From Candidatus Woesearchaeota archaeon (GTDB lineage: Archaea > Nanobdellota > Nanobdellia > Woesearchaeales > GW2011-AR4), in assembly GCA_016185755.1 (NCBI GenBank), contig JACPMX010000010.1:3863-67862 (forward strand): a stretch of DNA of 64,000 nucleotides, given 5' to 3'. Made by a program: the position numbers and the translations under genes. How positions within the stretch are numbered: position 1 is the first letter of the stretch; every line of letters begins with the position of its first letter. The notes under the pieces were generated by a model that saw nothing but the letters and a program-made list of their open reading frames with translations, made no database searches and was not told the origin of the DNA. Below, one piece after another: positions 26,132 to 35,807 of the stretch.

Positions 26132-28156
26132 ATGGAAATAAATGCTATAGAGCAGATAAAGAGGTTCCAGGAATTTATAGACAGCAATTACTATAATTCG
26201 CTGCTCGAGAATGCAAGGAAAGGGACCAAGTCGCTGCTTATAGATTTCTCGGAGCTTTCAAAATACGACCCTGATTTGGCTACAGAGCTCCTTGATTCCC
26301 CGGAAGAAACCATAAAGGCAATTGAAAAATCGATTGAGCAGTTTGACGTCGACGGCCTGGCAGATTTCAGGATCCGGTTTAATAACCTGCCCCTGACCCA
26401 GCATGTAATGATAAGAGACATCAGGAGCAAGCACATAAACAGGCTTCTCTTTATAGAAGGGCTGATAAGGCAGAAATCCGATGTAAGGCCCCAGGTCACA
26501 TCTGCAAGGTTTGAATGCCCTATGTGCGGCAACATAATGAATGTGCTGCAGCTTGAAGGCACATTCAAGGAGCCGACAAAGTGCGGCTGCGGAAGAAAAG
26601 GGAAATTTATCATGCTTGACAAGGATCTTGTTGATGCCCAGGGCATCGTGCTCGAAGAGGCTTCTGAAAATTTGCAAGGAGGGGAGCAGCCGAAGCGCAT
26701 AAGCGTTCTTCTGACAGACGATCTTGTCAGCCCGTTGAGCGAGAAAAGGACTTCTCCGGGGAGCAAGGTGCAGGTTTTTGGAATTGTGAAGGAAGTGCCT
26801 ATTATATCAAAATCCGGGGCAAAATCAACAAGGTTTGACCTGATGATTGATGCCAATTACATACAGCCGACAGAAGACACTTTTTATGAAGTCAATATAA
26901 CTGAGGATGAAGAAAAGCAGATTCTCGAAATTGCAAACGATCCTAAAGGCTACGACAAGTTGGTGAACTCGATTGCCCCTTCAATTTATGGCTATGAAAA
27001 GGTAAAGGAAGCTTTATTGCTCCAACTGATGGGCGGTGTAAGAAAAACAAGGACAGACAGCGTGGTGAGCAGGGGTGATATGCATATTTTGCTGGTTGGC
27101 GACCCTGGATCTGGAAAATCAGCATTGCTGAAAAGAATAACGCAAATTGCGCCAAAAGGCCGCTATGTGAGCGGAAAAGGGGTTAGCGGTGCGGGCATTA
27201 CGGCAGCTGTTGTAAGGGACGAGTTTTTGAGGGGATGGGCATTGGAAGCCGGTGCAATGGTCCTCAGCAGCGACGGCCTTGTGTGTGTTGACGAGCTTGA
27301 CAAGATGAGCTCTGAAGACAGGGCAGCTATGCACGAGGCTCTTGAAAATCAGACTGTCAGCATATCAAAGGCAAACATACAGGCCACCCTGATAGCAAGG
27401 ACTACCGTGCTTGCGGCAGCCAATCCGAAATTTGGAAGATTTGATCCTTATGGGGTTATTGCAGACCAGATTGACTTGCCTCCGACATTGATCAACAGGT
27501 TCGACTTGATATTTCCGATAAAGGATTTGCCAGAGGAAACAAGGGACGAGAGAATGGCAAAGCATATCCTTACATTGCATCAGAATCCTGACATACAGGA
27601 GCCTGAGATATCGACTGATATTTTGAGGAAATTCGTGGCTTATGCAAGGCAAAGAGTCTCTCCAAAGCTGACAGAAGGGGCTTTGGAAGAGATAAAGGAA
27701 TTTTACTTGAAGATGAGGAGAAGCGGCAGCGGCGGGGAAAGCGGCATACATGCAGTGCCTATTTCTGCAAGGCAGCTTGAGGCATTGGTCAGGCTGAGCG
27801 AGGCATCTGCAAGGTCCAGGCTGGATGACAGGGTTACAAGAAGGGATTCAAAAAAGGCAATAGAGCTTCTTGATTATTGCCTGATGCAGATTGGGCTTGA
27901 CAAGGAAACCGGAAAGATAGACATAGACAGGCTTGCAACCGGAATAGCTGCAACACAGAGAAGCCACATAATGGTTGTCAAGGACATCATAGGCGAGCTT
28001 GAGGTTAAGCTTGGAAAATCAATTCCTGTAGAGGAAGTTTTTGCCGAGGCAAGAACAAGGAACCTGGACGAGGACAAGGTGGAGGAAGCCCTTGAAAGGC
28101 TGAAGCGTTCGGGTGACATTTTTGAGCCGAAAAGGGGATTTTTGAGCAGGATATAA
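26132..28156 (+). CDS. mcm: MCM replicative helicase
   Basis: Zn finger CPMC..CGC, Walker A GDPGSGKS, VDELDKM, AAANP, SARQLEALVRLSEA; no intein. Confidence 0.99.
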   Translation: MEINAIEQIKRFQEFIDSNYYNSLLENARKGTKSLLIDFSELSKYDPDLATELLDSPEETIKAIEKSIEQFDVDGLADFRIRFNNLPLTQHVMIRDIRSKHINRLLFIEGLIRQKSDVRPQVTSARFECPMCGNIMNVLQLEGTFKEPTKCGCGRKGKFIMLDKDLVDAQGIVLEEASENLQGGEQPKRISVLLTDDLVSPLSEKRTSPGSKVQVFGIVKEVPIISKSGAKSTRFDLMIDANYIQPTEDTFYEVNITEDEEKQILEIANDPKGYDKLVNSIAPSIYGYEKVKEALLLQLMGGVRKTRTDSVVSRGDMHILLVGDPGSGKSALLKRITQIAPKGRYVSGKGVSGAGITAAVVRDEFLRGWALEAGAMVLSSDGLVCVDELDKMSSEDRAAMHEALENQTVSISKANIQATLIARTTVLAAANPKFGRFDPYGVIADQIDLPPTLINRFDLIFPIKDLPEETRDERMAKHILTLHQNPDIQEPEISTDILRKFVAYARQRVSPKLTEGALEEIKEFYLKMRRSGSGGESGIHAVPISARQLEALVRLSEASARSRLDDRVTRRDSKKAIELLDYCLMQIGLDKETGKIDIDRLATGIAATQRSHIMVVKDIIGELEVKLGKSIPVEEVFAEARTRNLDEDKVEEALERLKRSGDIFEPKRGFLSRI

Positions 28157-28157
28157 A

Positions 28158-28775
28158 ATGCCAGAGCTAGAGCAGAAAACATTCCAGAGGCAGGTAGCCT
28201 ACAAAATCAGGATTTCCGATATACTTGACAGTTCCTTGAAAAAGGACGAGACTTCTGCAGGCTATATTATTTTAAATGGCATGAACGTGTCAAGAGTCAA
28301 TATAATTGCAACCGTGGTTTATATTTCTGAAGATTCCGGCTTCAGGAGCACCCTGATTGATGACGGCACAGGCAGGATATCATTGAGGGCTTTCGATAAC
28401 TCTAATCTTTTCTCTGCTCTTGAAATAGGGGATGTTGTACTGATGGTCGGGAAAATAAGGGAATTCAGCAATGACAAGTACATCATGCCCGAAATACTCA
28501 AGAAGCTCGGCGATACAGGATGGCTGGGACTGAGAAAAGCTGAATTGGACAGGCTGCCTGATATAAAGGGTGAATCCCAAAAGCCTGATGAGGCAGTAAA
28601 TACCGGCGAGCATATCTATTCATTGATCAGGTCGCTTGACATTGGCGACGGTGTGCCAATAGAGGATATAATTAAGAAATCAAATGATTCTATGGCAGAA
28701 AAAATTATCAGCAGGCTGCTTGAGAGCGGTGATATTTTTGAAGTGAGGCCCGGCATGCTTAAAGTTCTAGAATAA
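28158..28775 (+). CDS. RPA2/RPA32-like OB-fold plus winged-helix protein
   Basis: VSRVNIIATVV..IDDGTGRI OB fold; C-terminal LLESGDIFEVRPG winged helix. Confidence 0.8.
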   Translation: MPELEQKTFQRQVAYKIRISDILDSSLKKDETSAGYIILNGMNVSRVNIIATVVYISEDSGFRSTLIDDGTGRISLRAFDNSNLFSALEIGDVVLMVGKIREFSNDKYIMPEILKKLGDTGWLGLRKAELDRLPDIKGESQKPDEAVNTGEHIYSLIRSLDIGDGVPIEDIIKKSNDSMAEKIISRLLESGDIFEVRPGMLKVLE

Positions 28776-29618
28776 AACCGGAGTTACATATACTTCAAGA
28801 AACGCAGCTGCAATCAGGAATCCTCCTGCTATAAGGATAAGCTCTGTAAAGTCCCTTGTTATTGTGTGGAATTTTTTTGTCTTGAAATGCCCCCTTATCA
28901 GCGCTACCGAGAGTATTCCTCCTGCCAGTCCGCCATAGAAATATGCTATAATTTCAGGTATGCCATGAAGGGAATATTTCAAAAGCCCGAGTGAAACTAT
29001 ATGGAAATAATTCCCTGCTTCAAGCAGGCCAAGTGAGCTTGTATAATTGCTCATGTTCGCCCTTATGAAATTCCCTATTGCAGCCCCTATGACCGTGGCA
29101 TTCCACGACAGTATGAATATGGCTCCGGCCCCGTAAATCAAGGAAAAGAGGATTGCAAATGCAAGCACCTTGAAATTGTTGAAGAATATCTTCCAGAATG
29201 CATTCATGCTGTGTATCACATTTCCTGAAACCTGGTTGTTGATTGCCTGTATCGTGCCGGTCTGCTTGTCAAAAAGCAGGTTGACCGTGGTTGTCGGGAG
29301 CACTGCATACCATAATGCGCATGCAACTGTAATGCCGACAAAAAGGTACATGAAAAAAGATATCGCCTTGTTGTGCTCCTTCAGTATGGCTGATTCCTTG
29401 TCCATCAGCATGTCCTTGCTTTCCTCAAGCTTCATTGTGTTGTAGAATATAGGCAGGGCTGCCATTGTTATCATGAACACCATTATAAGGCTTGCCTCTG
29501 CCCTGAAAATCCACAGCGAGATGAAAATTCCGATTGAGGTGTAAAGAAATCCCATGAAGAACATTTCCCACGGCTTTTTCTCCGCCCTGAAAGGGAACAG
29601 TAAAGACTCGACAACCAT
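28767..29618 (-). CDS. SpoIIM/DUF95-family membrane protein
   Basis: IFFNNFKV..WNA..G..HGIPEI..AAFLEVYVTP. Confidence 0.88.
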   Translation of the reverse strand: MVVESLLFPFRAEKKPWEMFFMGFLYTSIGIFISLWIFRAEASLIMVFMITMAALPIFYNTMKLEESKDMLMDKESAILKEHNKAISFFMYLFVGITVACALWYAVLPTTTVNLLFDKQTGTIQAINNQVSGNVIHSMNAFWKIFFNNFKVLAFAILFSLIYGAGAIFILSWNATVIGAAIGNFIRANMSNYTSSLGLLEAGNYFHIVSLGLLKYSLHGIPEIIAYFYGGLAGGILSVALIRGHFKTKKFHTITRDFTELILIAGGFLIAAAFLEVYVTPVLF

Positions 29619-29664
29619 AGCCGTTTAACTTAAATGGCCAGTTTATATATTTTTTGAATTGCCA

Positions 29665-29777
29665 GTTTTGCCATCAAAATGTGAGCATCTTAAAGCTGGA
29701 AATATCCAGCAAAAAGGAAATTGCAATGGGAATTTTTGCCTTAAAGAAAATGTTTACATGCGAACCGATGGCAAAAC
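29665..29777 (+). ncRNA. Candidate structured non-coding RNA of unknown family
   Basis: Perfect 11-bp closing stem GTTTTGCCATC/GATGGCAAAAC, nested 10-bp stem with two G-U pairs, two inner hairpins. Confidence 0.45.
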
Positions 29778-29837
29778 CGAACTGATATGTAGGTTTTTCA
29801 ATTAACTTTATAAATAAACATGGCTTGCTTCAGGCCT

Positions 29838-30251
29838 ATGGAAGACTACAAAAAAATGCTCGAGGAAGTGAGGAAAAACCTGCCTGAGGCTGTGTTCCTC
29901 AAGGAAAGGTTTGAGATTCCAAAAGTTCTTGGTCACATGCAGGGCAACAGGACCATAGTCAGCAATTTTCTCCAGATAGCCTCTGCCTTGAGGAGGGATG
30001 CCGACCATCTTCTCAAGTATGTCCTGAAGGAGCTTGCCACCCCGGGCGAGGTCAAGAAAAGCGGTGCATTGATTTTGGGCACGAAGGTTCCTGCCTCAAG
30101 GATAAACGAGAAGATAAGGCAGTATGCAAATGACTTCGTGCTTTGCTTCGAGTGCGGCAAGCCCGACACAAAGATAGAGAAGGAAGGCAGCCTGAGCTAC
30201 ATGAAGTGCACAGCATGCGGCGCGAAGAACATCGTCAAGGCGAAGATTTAA
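29838..30251 (+). CDS. eif2b: Translation initiation factor aIF-2 beta
   Basis: ERFEIP..GNRT..NF..KELATPG..CFECGKPDT..CTACGA; TATA at 29808 supports ATG 29838. Confidence 0.97.
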   Translation: MEDYKKMLEEVRKNLPEAVFLKERFEIPKVLGHMQGNRTIVSNFLQIASALRRDADHLLKYVLKELATPGEVKKSGALILGTKVPASRINEKIRQYANDFVLCFECGKPDTKIEKEGSLSYMKCTACGAKNIVKAKI

Positions 30252-30268
30252 GGGATTTAATTTTAGAA

Positions 30269-30787
30269 TTAATGATGAGTAATAGCATTTTTCCAGATGG
30301 CGTCTTCAAGTACTCCTTCCCTAAATAATCTTTCCAGCTCTCCAGGTGGGCAGTCTTTATCTCTCAAAGATATTCGTAATAAATCCCTATCGGGTTTTTT
30401 GTGAACGTACCCTGCACGTTTCATACATTCAATGATCTCCCCTTCTTGATTAATTGTGTAGCCATCAAATATTATAGTTCTTCTAAATATAATATCATAT
30501 TCAACAACCTGCGATAAAACAAAGGATCCTTTTGCGCTAGGAATTGTTGATTCGGCGTGCTCTATTAGTTTAGCTGCATCAGCCTCACTTCTAACTATCG
30601 AAGGATGGTCTGAAACTTTTATTTTGTTGCTATTTTCAGGTTCCAAAAACCTTCTGACATTTTTCGCGGCCGCAAGAAATCTTCTGAGCTCTTCTCCTGA
30701 TGTTGCCTTGGGATCTAATTTACCTTCCCCAACAGACTCAAAATCTGCACACCAGCCTACATACAAACATAGTTCTGTGTATTCCAT
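30269..30787 (-). CDS. Hypothetical protein downstream of DP2
   Basis: Open frame filling the gap; no recognised motif; more AT-rich than neighbours; start uncertain. Confidence 0.55.
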   Translation of the reverse strand: MEYTELCLYVGWCADFESVGEGKLDPKATSGEELRRFLAAAKNVRRFLEPENSNKIKVSDHPSIVRSEADAAKLIEHAESTIPSAKGSFVLSQVVEYDIIFRRTIIFDGYTINQEGEIIECMKRAGYVHKKPDRDLLRISLRDKDCPPGELERLFREGVLEDAIWKNAITHH

Positions 30788-30821
30788 AAACTTCAGCAGA
30801 AATAGATAGGGTTTTAAAAAC

Positions 30822-33800
30822 CTACCCAAACCACCTGTTCAATCCTTCCTGCCTGTCTTTGTCTTTTCCGAAAACGCCCTCGACCCTGCTTTTTGTCAGC
30901 TCCAGGACCTGCTTGAGATAAGGCGGGAGGTTGTACTTGTCAGACAATGATATTGCCGGCTCAAGGTATTTTATTATCGAGCCCTCGCTTACCGTGAACA
31001 TCAGCTTGCTCCCGCATGCAAGGCATTTCCCGGTAAGCGGCGGCCTCCGGTATTTCTCCGTGCATTTGCTGCACCTGAATTCCTGCATCGAGAACCTCCT
31101 TAAATTGCCTTTGATGTCTCTCAATAAATGCTTCTCTATCACGAGCCTCGCGACATCGGCCGCGTCAACAGCCCTTATCTTGTCCGCAAGCTCCATCTGC
31201 CCCTTTAATTTGTCCTCCATCGAGGGGATGGTCTTGTAAGAAGAGCATTTGACTCCGATGTTTATGTTGCTCACAGGATGGGTATACCATATCCTTCCCA
31301 GCTGGCCTGAATTCATTATGTTTGCAAACCTTTCTATCTTTACATTCCATGGCAGCTCATAGCGCAGCGTTGCCTCGTAAAATTCCAGGGGATACCTGCT
31401 CACAATGTCCACATCAAATATCATGTCGTCAACTTCTGTCGGCACAAGCTTTGATGTCAAAACCAATGGCGCATCCTGCGTCGAGCCTCTTGTGTTTGGC
31501 AGGAACTGCCTTGAGAAATTAAGCAGAACATCCATGAGCAAAGTCACTGATGCTTCGTCCCCGTCGCAGTCCCTTCTTGTTGCAGCGTGCATCAGCGGAT
31601 GCGCATAGAAGGCCTGTGTTTTTGAAAACCCTATTATCCTCCCGACTATGCCCGCTGAAGTATGCGGCGCCAGGGCCACCACCAGGTGCCCCACAAGATC
31701 CTTCCATGATTCCAGGTTATAAAATTTTTCCAGGCCGTAAAGCGACGCCAAAAGCTCGTCTATGAACTGGCTCACGTTGTAGAGTATCTTGTCAGCTCCA
31801 AGTTCCGGAGCGTCTTCGCATTTTGGAAGTATGATATCCTGCGGCTTCAGTTCCAGTATTTGCTCCGCATCTTCAAGCTCATTTTCATAAATGTCCTTGG
31901 TATAGCCCAGATTTTTAAGCTCCTCTACAGAAGTCCCTATCTCTTTTGGCTTGAAATGGGTTATGGGCAGCTGGGTCATGTCATACCTTGTGGTGCCGTC
32001 TTTATTGACAGGCACATCATGCTTTGCCCTCAGGATTCCCTTTGCGAAATGCTCTATGACATGGTCTTTGTTTGACGTGCCCCTTACTCCCTTTATCAGG
32101 TCCGGGTACTGCTGCATGCCTAATTTCTTCAGCGTCTTTTTGAAATAATTGTTTATGTCTATTCTTTGCTTCTTGTAAAGGTCTGCATTTCCATGGGGGC
32201 ATTTTCCATCTGGAACCGTGCCGCATGCGCTGCAGTATCCCTGCCTGCCTGCTTTCTTGTCGCATTGCTCGCAGACGCTGAATATTGTCTCTTTCCTGCA
32301 TCCGCTGCAAAAATATATCGGAAATTCCGCCTCAACCGAGCCGAATTCCATCGCGCTCTGGAAGGACCTCATCTTGCCGCCTTCCTTGCCTATAGGAAAA
32401 AGAGTATGCGGGTCCCCGTCAAGCTTCCTGGCTTTTGCCTTTTCCGGCCTCCCCATCCTTGCCCCGATGAATGTTCCTGACTTGTCCCTCATTTTTATTT
32501 CAGAAATTGAATTTATGATGTCAAGGACATCCTCGAGCTCGCTTGCAATGAGTTTGCTGTGAAATTCATTGTTGCAAATGAATAGCTTATGCAGTATTCC
32601 TGCCGTGTCCCCTTCAATCACCGTAAGTTCATTGTTGATAAAAGTGTGTGGAACCCCTGCCAATTCCAGCACTCTTTTTGCAACTTCGTTTTTTGGCAGG
32701 ACTATTTTTTTGATGTCATCTCCTTCCGATTCTGCCTCCCCTTCTTTCAGCCACTTTGCCAGCTCTATGAAATTTTCCTTTGACAGGGTTTTCCAGTGGA
32801 AAGTGTAGCATGGGTGAAGTGGTATCCCAAGTGCCTGGCTCAGTTTTATTGCAACTCCTGCTGAAGGCTTCTCAAAGAAATAATCTTTGGCCAGTTTTTC
32901 TAGATGCCCTGATTCGATGCCTACCCATTCAGACAGCTTTTCATAATCCACCGAGCCGAATTTTTCGGATATTGCTTTCTCGAATTCCAGTGCCCACCAT
33001 TCCTCGCAATACCCTGCAGGAACTAAAGTATGCGCCCTGTTGAAGAAATCGCCGTAGTTTATCAGTATGTCCCCCAAGAAAATTATTTCCTTGACTGAAT
33101 TGGAATATTGTTTTGCCTGCTGCTCGCTTTCTATCTTTACGACGCTGTTGTCATTCAGCTTTATGATTGGGCCTTCAATTGAGTCACAAACCGTTATGGC
33201 TGTTGCCTTGCCCGGCCTTTCAACTTTCAATTGCGTGCCGATTGCTATGTACTTGTTCAGTATAATCATTGTAGCAGGGTGTATTGCCGTTGCCGAGTAT
33301 CCTGAAGTCCTGCACCTGCCGTATCTCAGCCTCAGACCTCCTGGCATAAGGGGGTGGGTAAGCACCGGCCTTCCGGCAACTAAATCCTGTATGTAAGTGT
33401 AGATTGGGACAATCCCTTTCTTCGCTGTTTTTTCTTTTGCCTTCATTTCTTTTTGCAGATGGACGAATTCCTGCAGGAATGCCCAGTGCTCCAGATTGAA
33501 TTCTTCACCCCATTTTTTGAGTTGTGTCCACACTTTTGCAGCTTTCTGCGCTACACATTCCCCAAGTACAAGGCACGGGCCGCTCCTTATCCTGTTTGTC
33601 TCTATTCTTTCGATGTCCTTGTAATTGGAGACTTCTATGTCTTCTGACGCATCCCCGTCGATCTGCACGGGCAGGTTGCCCACAAGAAATCTTATTTCCT
33701 TTTCGCTTGGAAGATACTGCAGATTTGTGACCCTCTCATGATAATCATAAAGCTCTGTAACCATTCTCCTTATTTCCTTTTCCGACGGGTCATATACATC

Positions 33801-34310
33801 ATATCCCATGGATTTCCTGATGTAATCTGCTATGACGACGCTTGCCGCCCCTGCCGTTCCTCCTGCGCTCCTTATAGGTCCGGAATACATCAGGCAGAAA
33901 TATTCCTTGTTGTCCTTCCTTTTGTTTATCTTCAGGCCTACAAATCCTTCGAGGGGCGATGCCACAATGCCGAGAGTCATGTACGCAAGCCCTATCCTGA
34001 TTCCTGTTTCGATTGCCTCTGTTTGTGTGCCGAATTTGCAGAATTTTTCCTGTGCTGTTTCAAGTGATATTTTAAGCGCAACTCTCCAGTCTAGCTTCCC
34101 GTAGCTTGCCTCAAGTTCTTTTATCCTTTGGGGTATCCCCTTGTTTGTTATTTTAGGCGCTGAAACGCTTACAAGCCCCTCCACCCTTTCTGCCATGTCT
34201 TTTGCAAGCGGTATGTTTACCGTATCTTCGGGATCGTACCCTTTTGCCCTTGCCTCGTTTGCAGCTTTGTATGCTGCATTTACATTTTCAAGTATTCCAG
34301 CCTTCATCAT
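30822..34310 (-). CDS. polC: DNA polymerase D large subunit DP2
   Basis: GPIRSAGGT, RLRYGR, GARMGRPEKAK, RRDCDGDE, C-terminal Zn fingers; no intein. Confidence 0.99.
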   Translation of the reverse strand: MMKAGILENVNAAYKAANEARAKGYDPEDTVNIPLAKDMAERVEGLVSVSAPKITNKGIPQRIKELEASYGKLDWRVALKISLETAQEKFCKFGTQTEAIETGIRIGLAYMTLGIVASPLEGFVGLKINKRKDNKEYFCLMYSGPIRSAGGTAGAASVVIADYIRKSMGYDVYDPSEKEIRRMVTELYDYHERVTNLQYLPSEKEIRFLVGNLPVQIDGDASEDIEVSNYKDIERIETNRIRSGPCLVLGECVAQKAAKVWTQLKKWGEEFNLEHWAFLQEFVHLQKEMKAKEKTAKKGIVPIYTYIQDLVAGRPVLTHPLMPGGLRLRYGRCRTSGYSATAIHPATMIILNKYIAIGTQLKVERPGKATAITVCDSIEGPIIKLNDNSVVKIESEQQAKQYSNSVKEIIFLGDILINYGDFFNRAHTLVPAGYCEEWWALEFEKAISEKFGSVDYEKLSEWVGIESGHLEKLAKDYFFEKPSAGVAIKLSQALGIPLHPCYTFHWKTLSKENFIELAKWLKEGEAESEGDDIKKIVLPKNEVAKRVLELAGVPHTFINNELTVIEGDTAGILHKLFICNNEFHSKLIASELEDVLDIINSISEIKMRDKSGTFIGARMGRPEKAKARKLDGDPHTLFPIGKEGGKMRSFQSAMEFGSVEAEFPIYFCSGCRKETIFSVCEQCDKKAGRQGYCSACGTVPDGKCPHGNADLYKKQRIDINNYFKKTLKKLGMQQYPDLIKGVRGTSNKDHVIEHFAKGILRAKHDVPVNKDGTTRYDMTQLPITHFKPKEIGTSVEELKNLGYTKDIYENELEDAEQILELKPQDIILPKCEDAPELGADKILYNVSQFIDELLASLYGLEKFYNLESWKDLVGHLVVALAPHTSAGIVGRIIGFSKTQAFYAHPLMHAATRRDCDGDEASVTLLMDVLLNFSRQFLPNTRGSTQDAPLVLTSKLVPTEVDDMIFDVDIVSRYPLEFYEATLRYELPWNVKIERFANIMNSGQLGRIWYTHPVSNINIGVKCSSYKTIPSMEDKLKGQMELADKIRAVDAADVARLVIEKHLLRDIKGNLRRFSMQEFRCSKCTEKYRRPPLTGKCLACGSKLMFTVSEGSIIKYLEPAISLSDKYNLPPYLKQVLELTKSRVEGVFGKDKDRQEGLNRWFG

Positions 34311-34312
34311 TT

Positions 34313-35806
34313 TTATTGCCCGAATTTGAGTATTTTTATGTCTCTCGTCTGCAAATTCACGATCGGGACCCTGCTCGGTTCCGGATTATGCCCAACTTTT
34401 TCCTGGAAGCTGGTCTTGCCCTGCCAGCAGCTTCCGCAGATCAGTGTGGTGTTTCTGTAATTTGCCGTAGCTGTTTTGTGTATGTGCCCGCTCAGGAAAA
34501 AATCAGGGACCTTTTCTATCACAAGCGGGTCTTTCTTGGTGTCTGGGATGTAAAGTGTTGAAAGGTGGGATGGTGCCAAGTGCCTCCTTTTCAGTAAAAA
34601 TTTCATGATTAAGTCTGCCCGGTCATACCCTCCCTGGTTCCTGAGCGAATCCACCTCGGCAACAAAATAGTCAAATGAGTATCCATGGTACATCATCACG
34701 TCAAATCCTGCAAAGTTTGCAGATGAGCTGATGTTGACCATTGAAGGGTTTGACACCATGATTGCATTGTTAAGCTCGTACATCGGCGCTGCAAAGTTTC
34801 TCGACAACGGCGGCTGCGGCTCTGAAATTCTTATTGCATCATGGTTCCCGGGGCAAATTACCAAGGGGATATTATTGGGTATCTGCTTGAGCAGCTCTGC
34901 GCATTCCCTGTATTGCTGGTAGATGTCTTTTATGGAAAGCTCCTTGTCCTGCTCGGGGTAAATTCCGCAGCCGTCAACCAGGTCTCCTGCAATGAATATG
35001 CATTCAACATTTTTTGCTATGTGCCTTTGCTGCTCATTGCCGGCCTCGCAGTTTATCCACCTGAGGAATTTTTCAAAATCGTCGGGCAGGAATTTGGACG
35101 ATCCGACATGAAGGTCTGACAGGAACAGTGCATATTTTTCCTGCTCTGATTTTTTAAGCTCCTTGCTTGAGGGAGTGTCCGGCCAGACAATGCTGTTGGC
35201 GAATATCATAGTTTCCGCATTCACCCCAGTGATCCCTATCACTTCGTCCATAACCAGGTCTTTCGCTTCCTTGAATAGGTCCGGCCTGTTCTTATTGACA
35301 AGAACCCTCTTCCTTCCCGTCGGGTCTTCAAGCATCAAAAGCATATTGCCGTTCTTCGTCACTTGCTTGTCGCTGACCATTCCAATGATTGTTATTTTCT
35401 CTTTCTCTTTTTTGTTCTGTATCTTGTTTAATGAAATTGTATTTTTAAGCTCCTGGTGCTGCTTGAGTATTTTTTCCATTGCCTTGTACCTGTTGTTGAA
35501 GTAATCGGCAAAATCCTGTGTTTCCCTTTTTTTCGGCTCTTCCTTGTGTGAAAAAATGACCTTGACTTTTTCTCCGGTCTTCTCAATATATCCCTCCGCT
35601 AATTTTTCAGGTTGGGGCTCTTCTATAAGCCTGCCGAGCTCCAGGCCCAGCACTGCAGAATCAGTGTGCTTTGATTTGAGCAATTCAAAAAGTTTGGAAA
35701 TATGGTTGTAATCTTTTATCTCCAGCAGCTTGGGGCTGATTAAAACGCCGTTTTTCAGGCACGTGTCTATGATCTCGCGCTTCTTTTTGATGATTTCTTC
35801 CTGCAT
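34313..35806 (-). CDS. polB: DNA polymerase D small subunit DP1 (proofreading exonuclease)
   Basis: SDLHVGS, GDLVDG, PGNHD, YHG, GHIH phosphoesterase motifs plus OB fold. Confidence 0.98.
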   Translation of the reverse strand: MQEEIIKKKREIIDTCLKNGVLISPKLLEIKDYNHISKLFELLKSKHTDSAVLGLELGRLIEEPQPEKLAEGYIEKTGEKVKVIFSHKEEPKKRETQDFADYFNNRYKAMEKILKQHQELKNTISLNKIQNKKEKEKITIIGMVSDKQVTKNGNMLLMLEDPTGRKRVLVNKNRPDLFKEAKDLVMDEVIGITGVNAETMIFANSIVWPDTPSSKELKKSEQEKYALFLSDLHVGSSKFLPDDFEKFLRWINCEAGNEQQRHIAKNVECIFIAGDLVDGCGIYPEQDKELSIKDIYQQYRECAELLKQIPNNIPLVICPGNHDAIRISEPQPPLSRNFAAPMYELNNAIMVSNPSMVNISSSANFAGFDVMMYHGYSFDYFVAEVDSLRNQGGYDRADLIMKFLLKRRHLAPSHLSTLYIPDTKKDPLVIEKVPDFFLSGHIHKTATANYRNTTLICGSCWQGKTSFQEKVGHNPEPSRVPIVNLQTRDIKILKFGQ

Positions 35807-35807
35807 T

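Noticed and set aside
26132-34310. Inteins in MCM, DP2 (and RadA)
   Set aside because: Protein lengths are normal and the motifs at usual insertion sites are uninterrupted.
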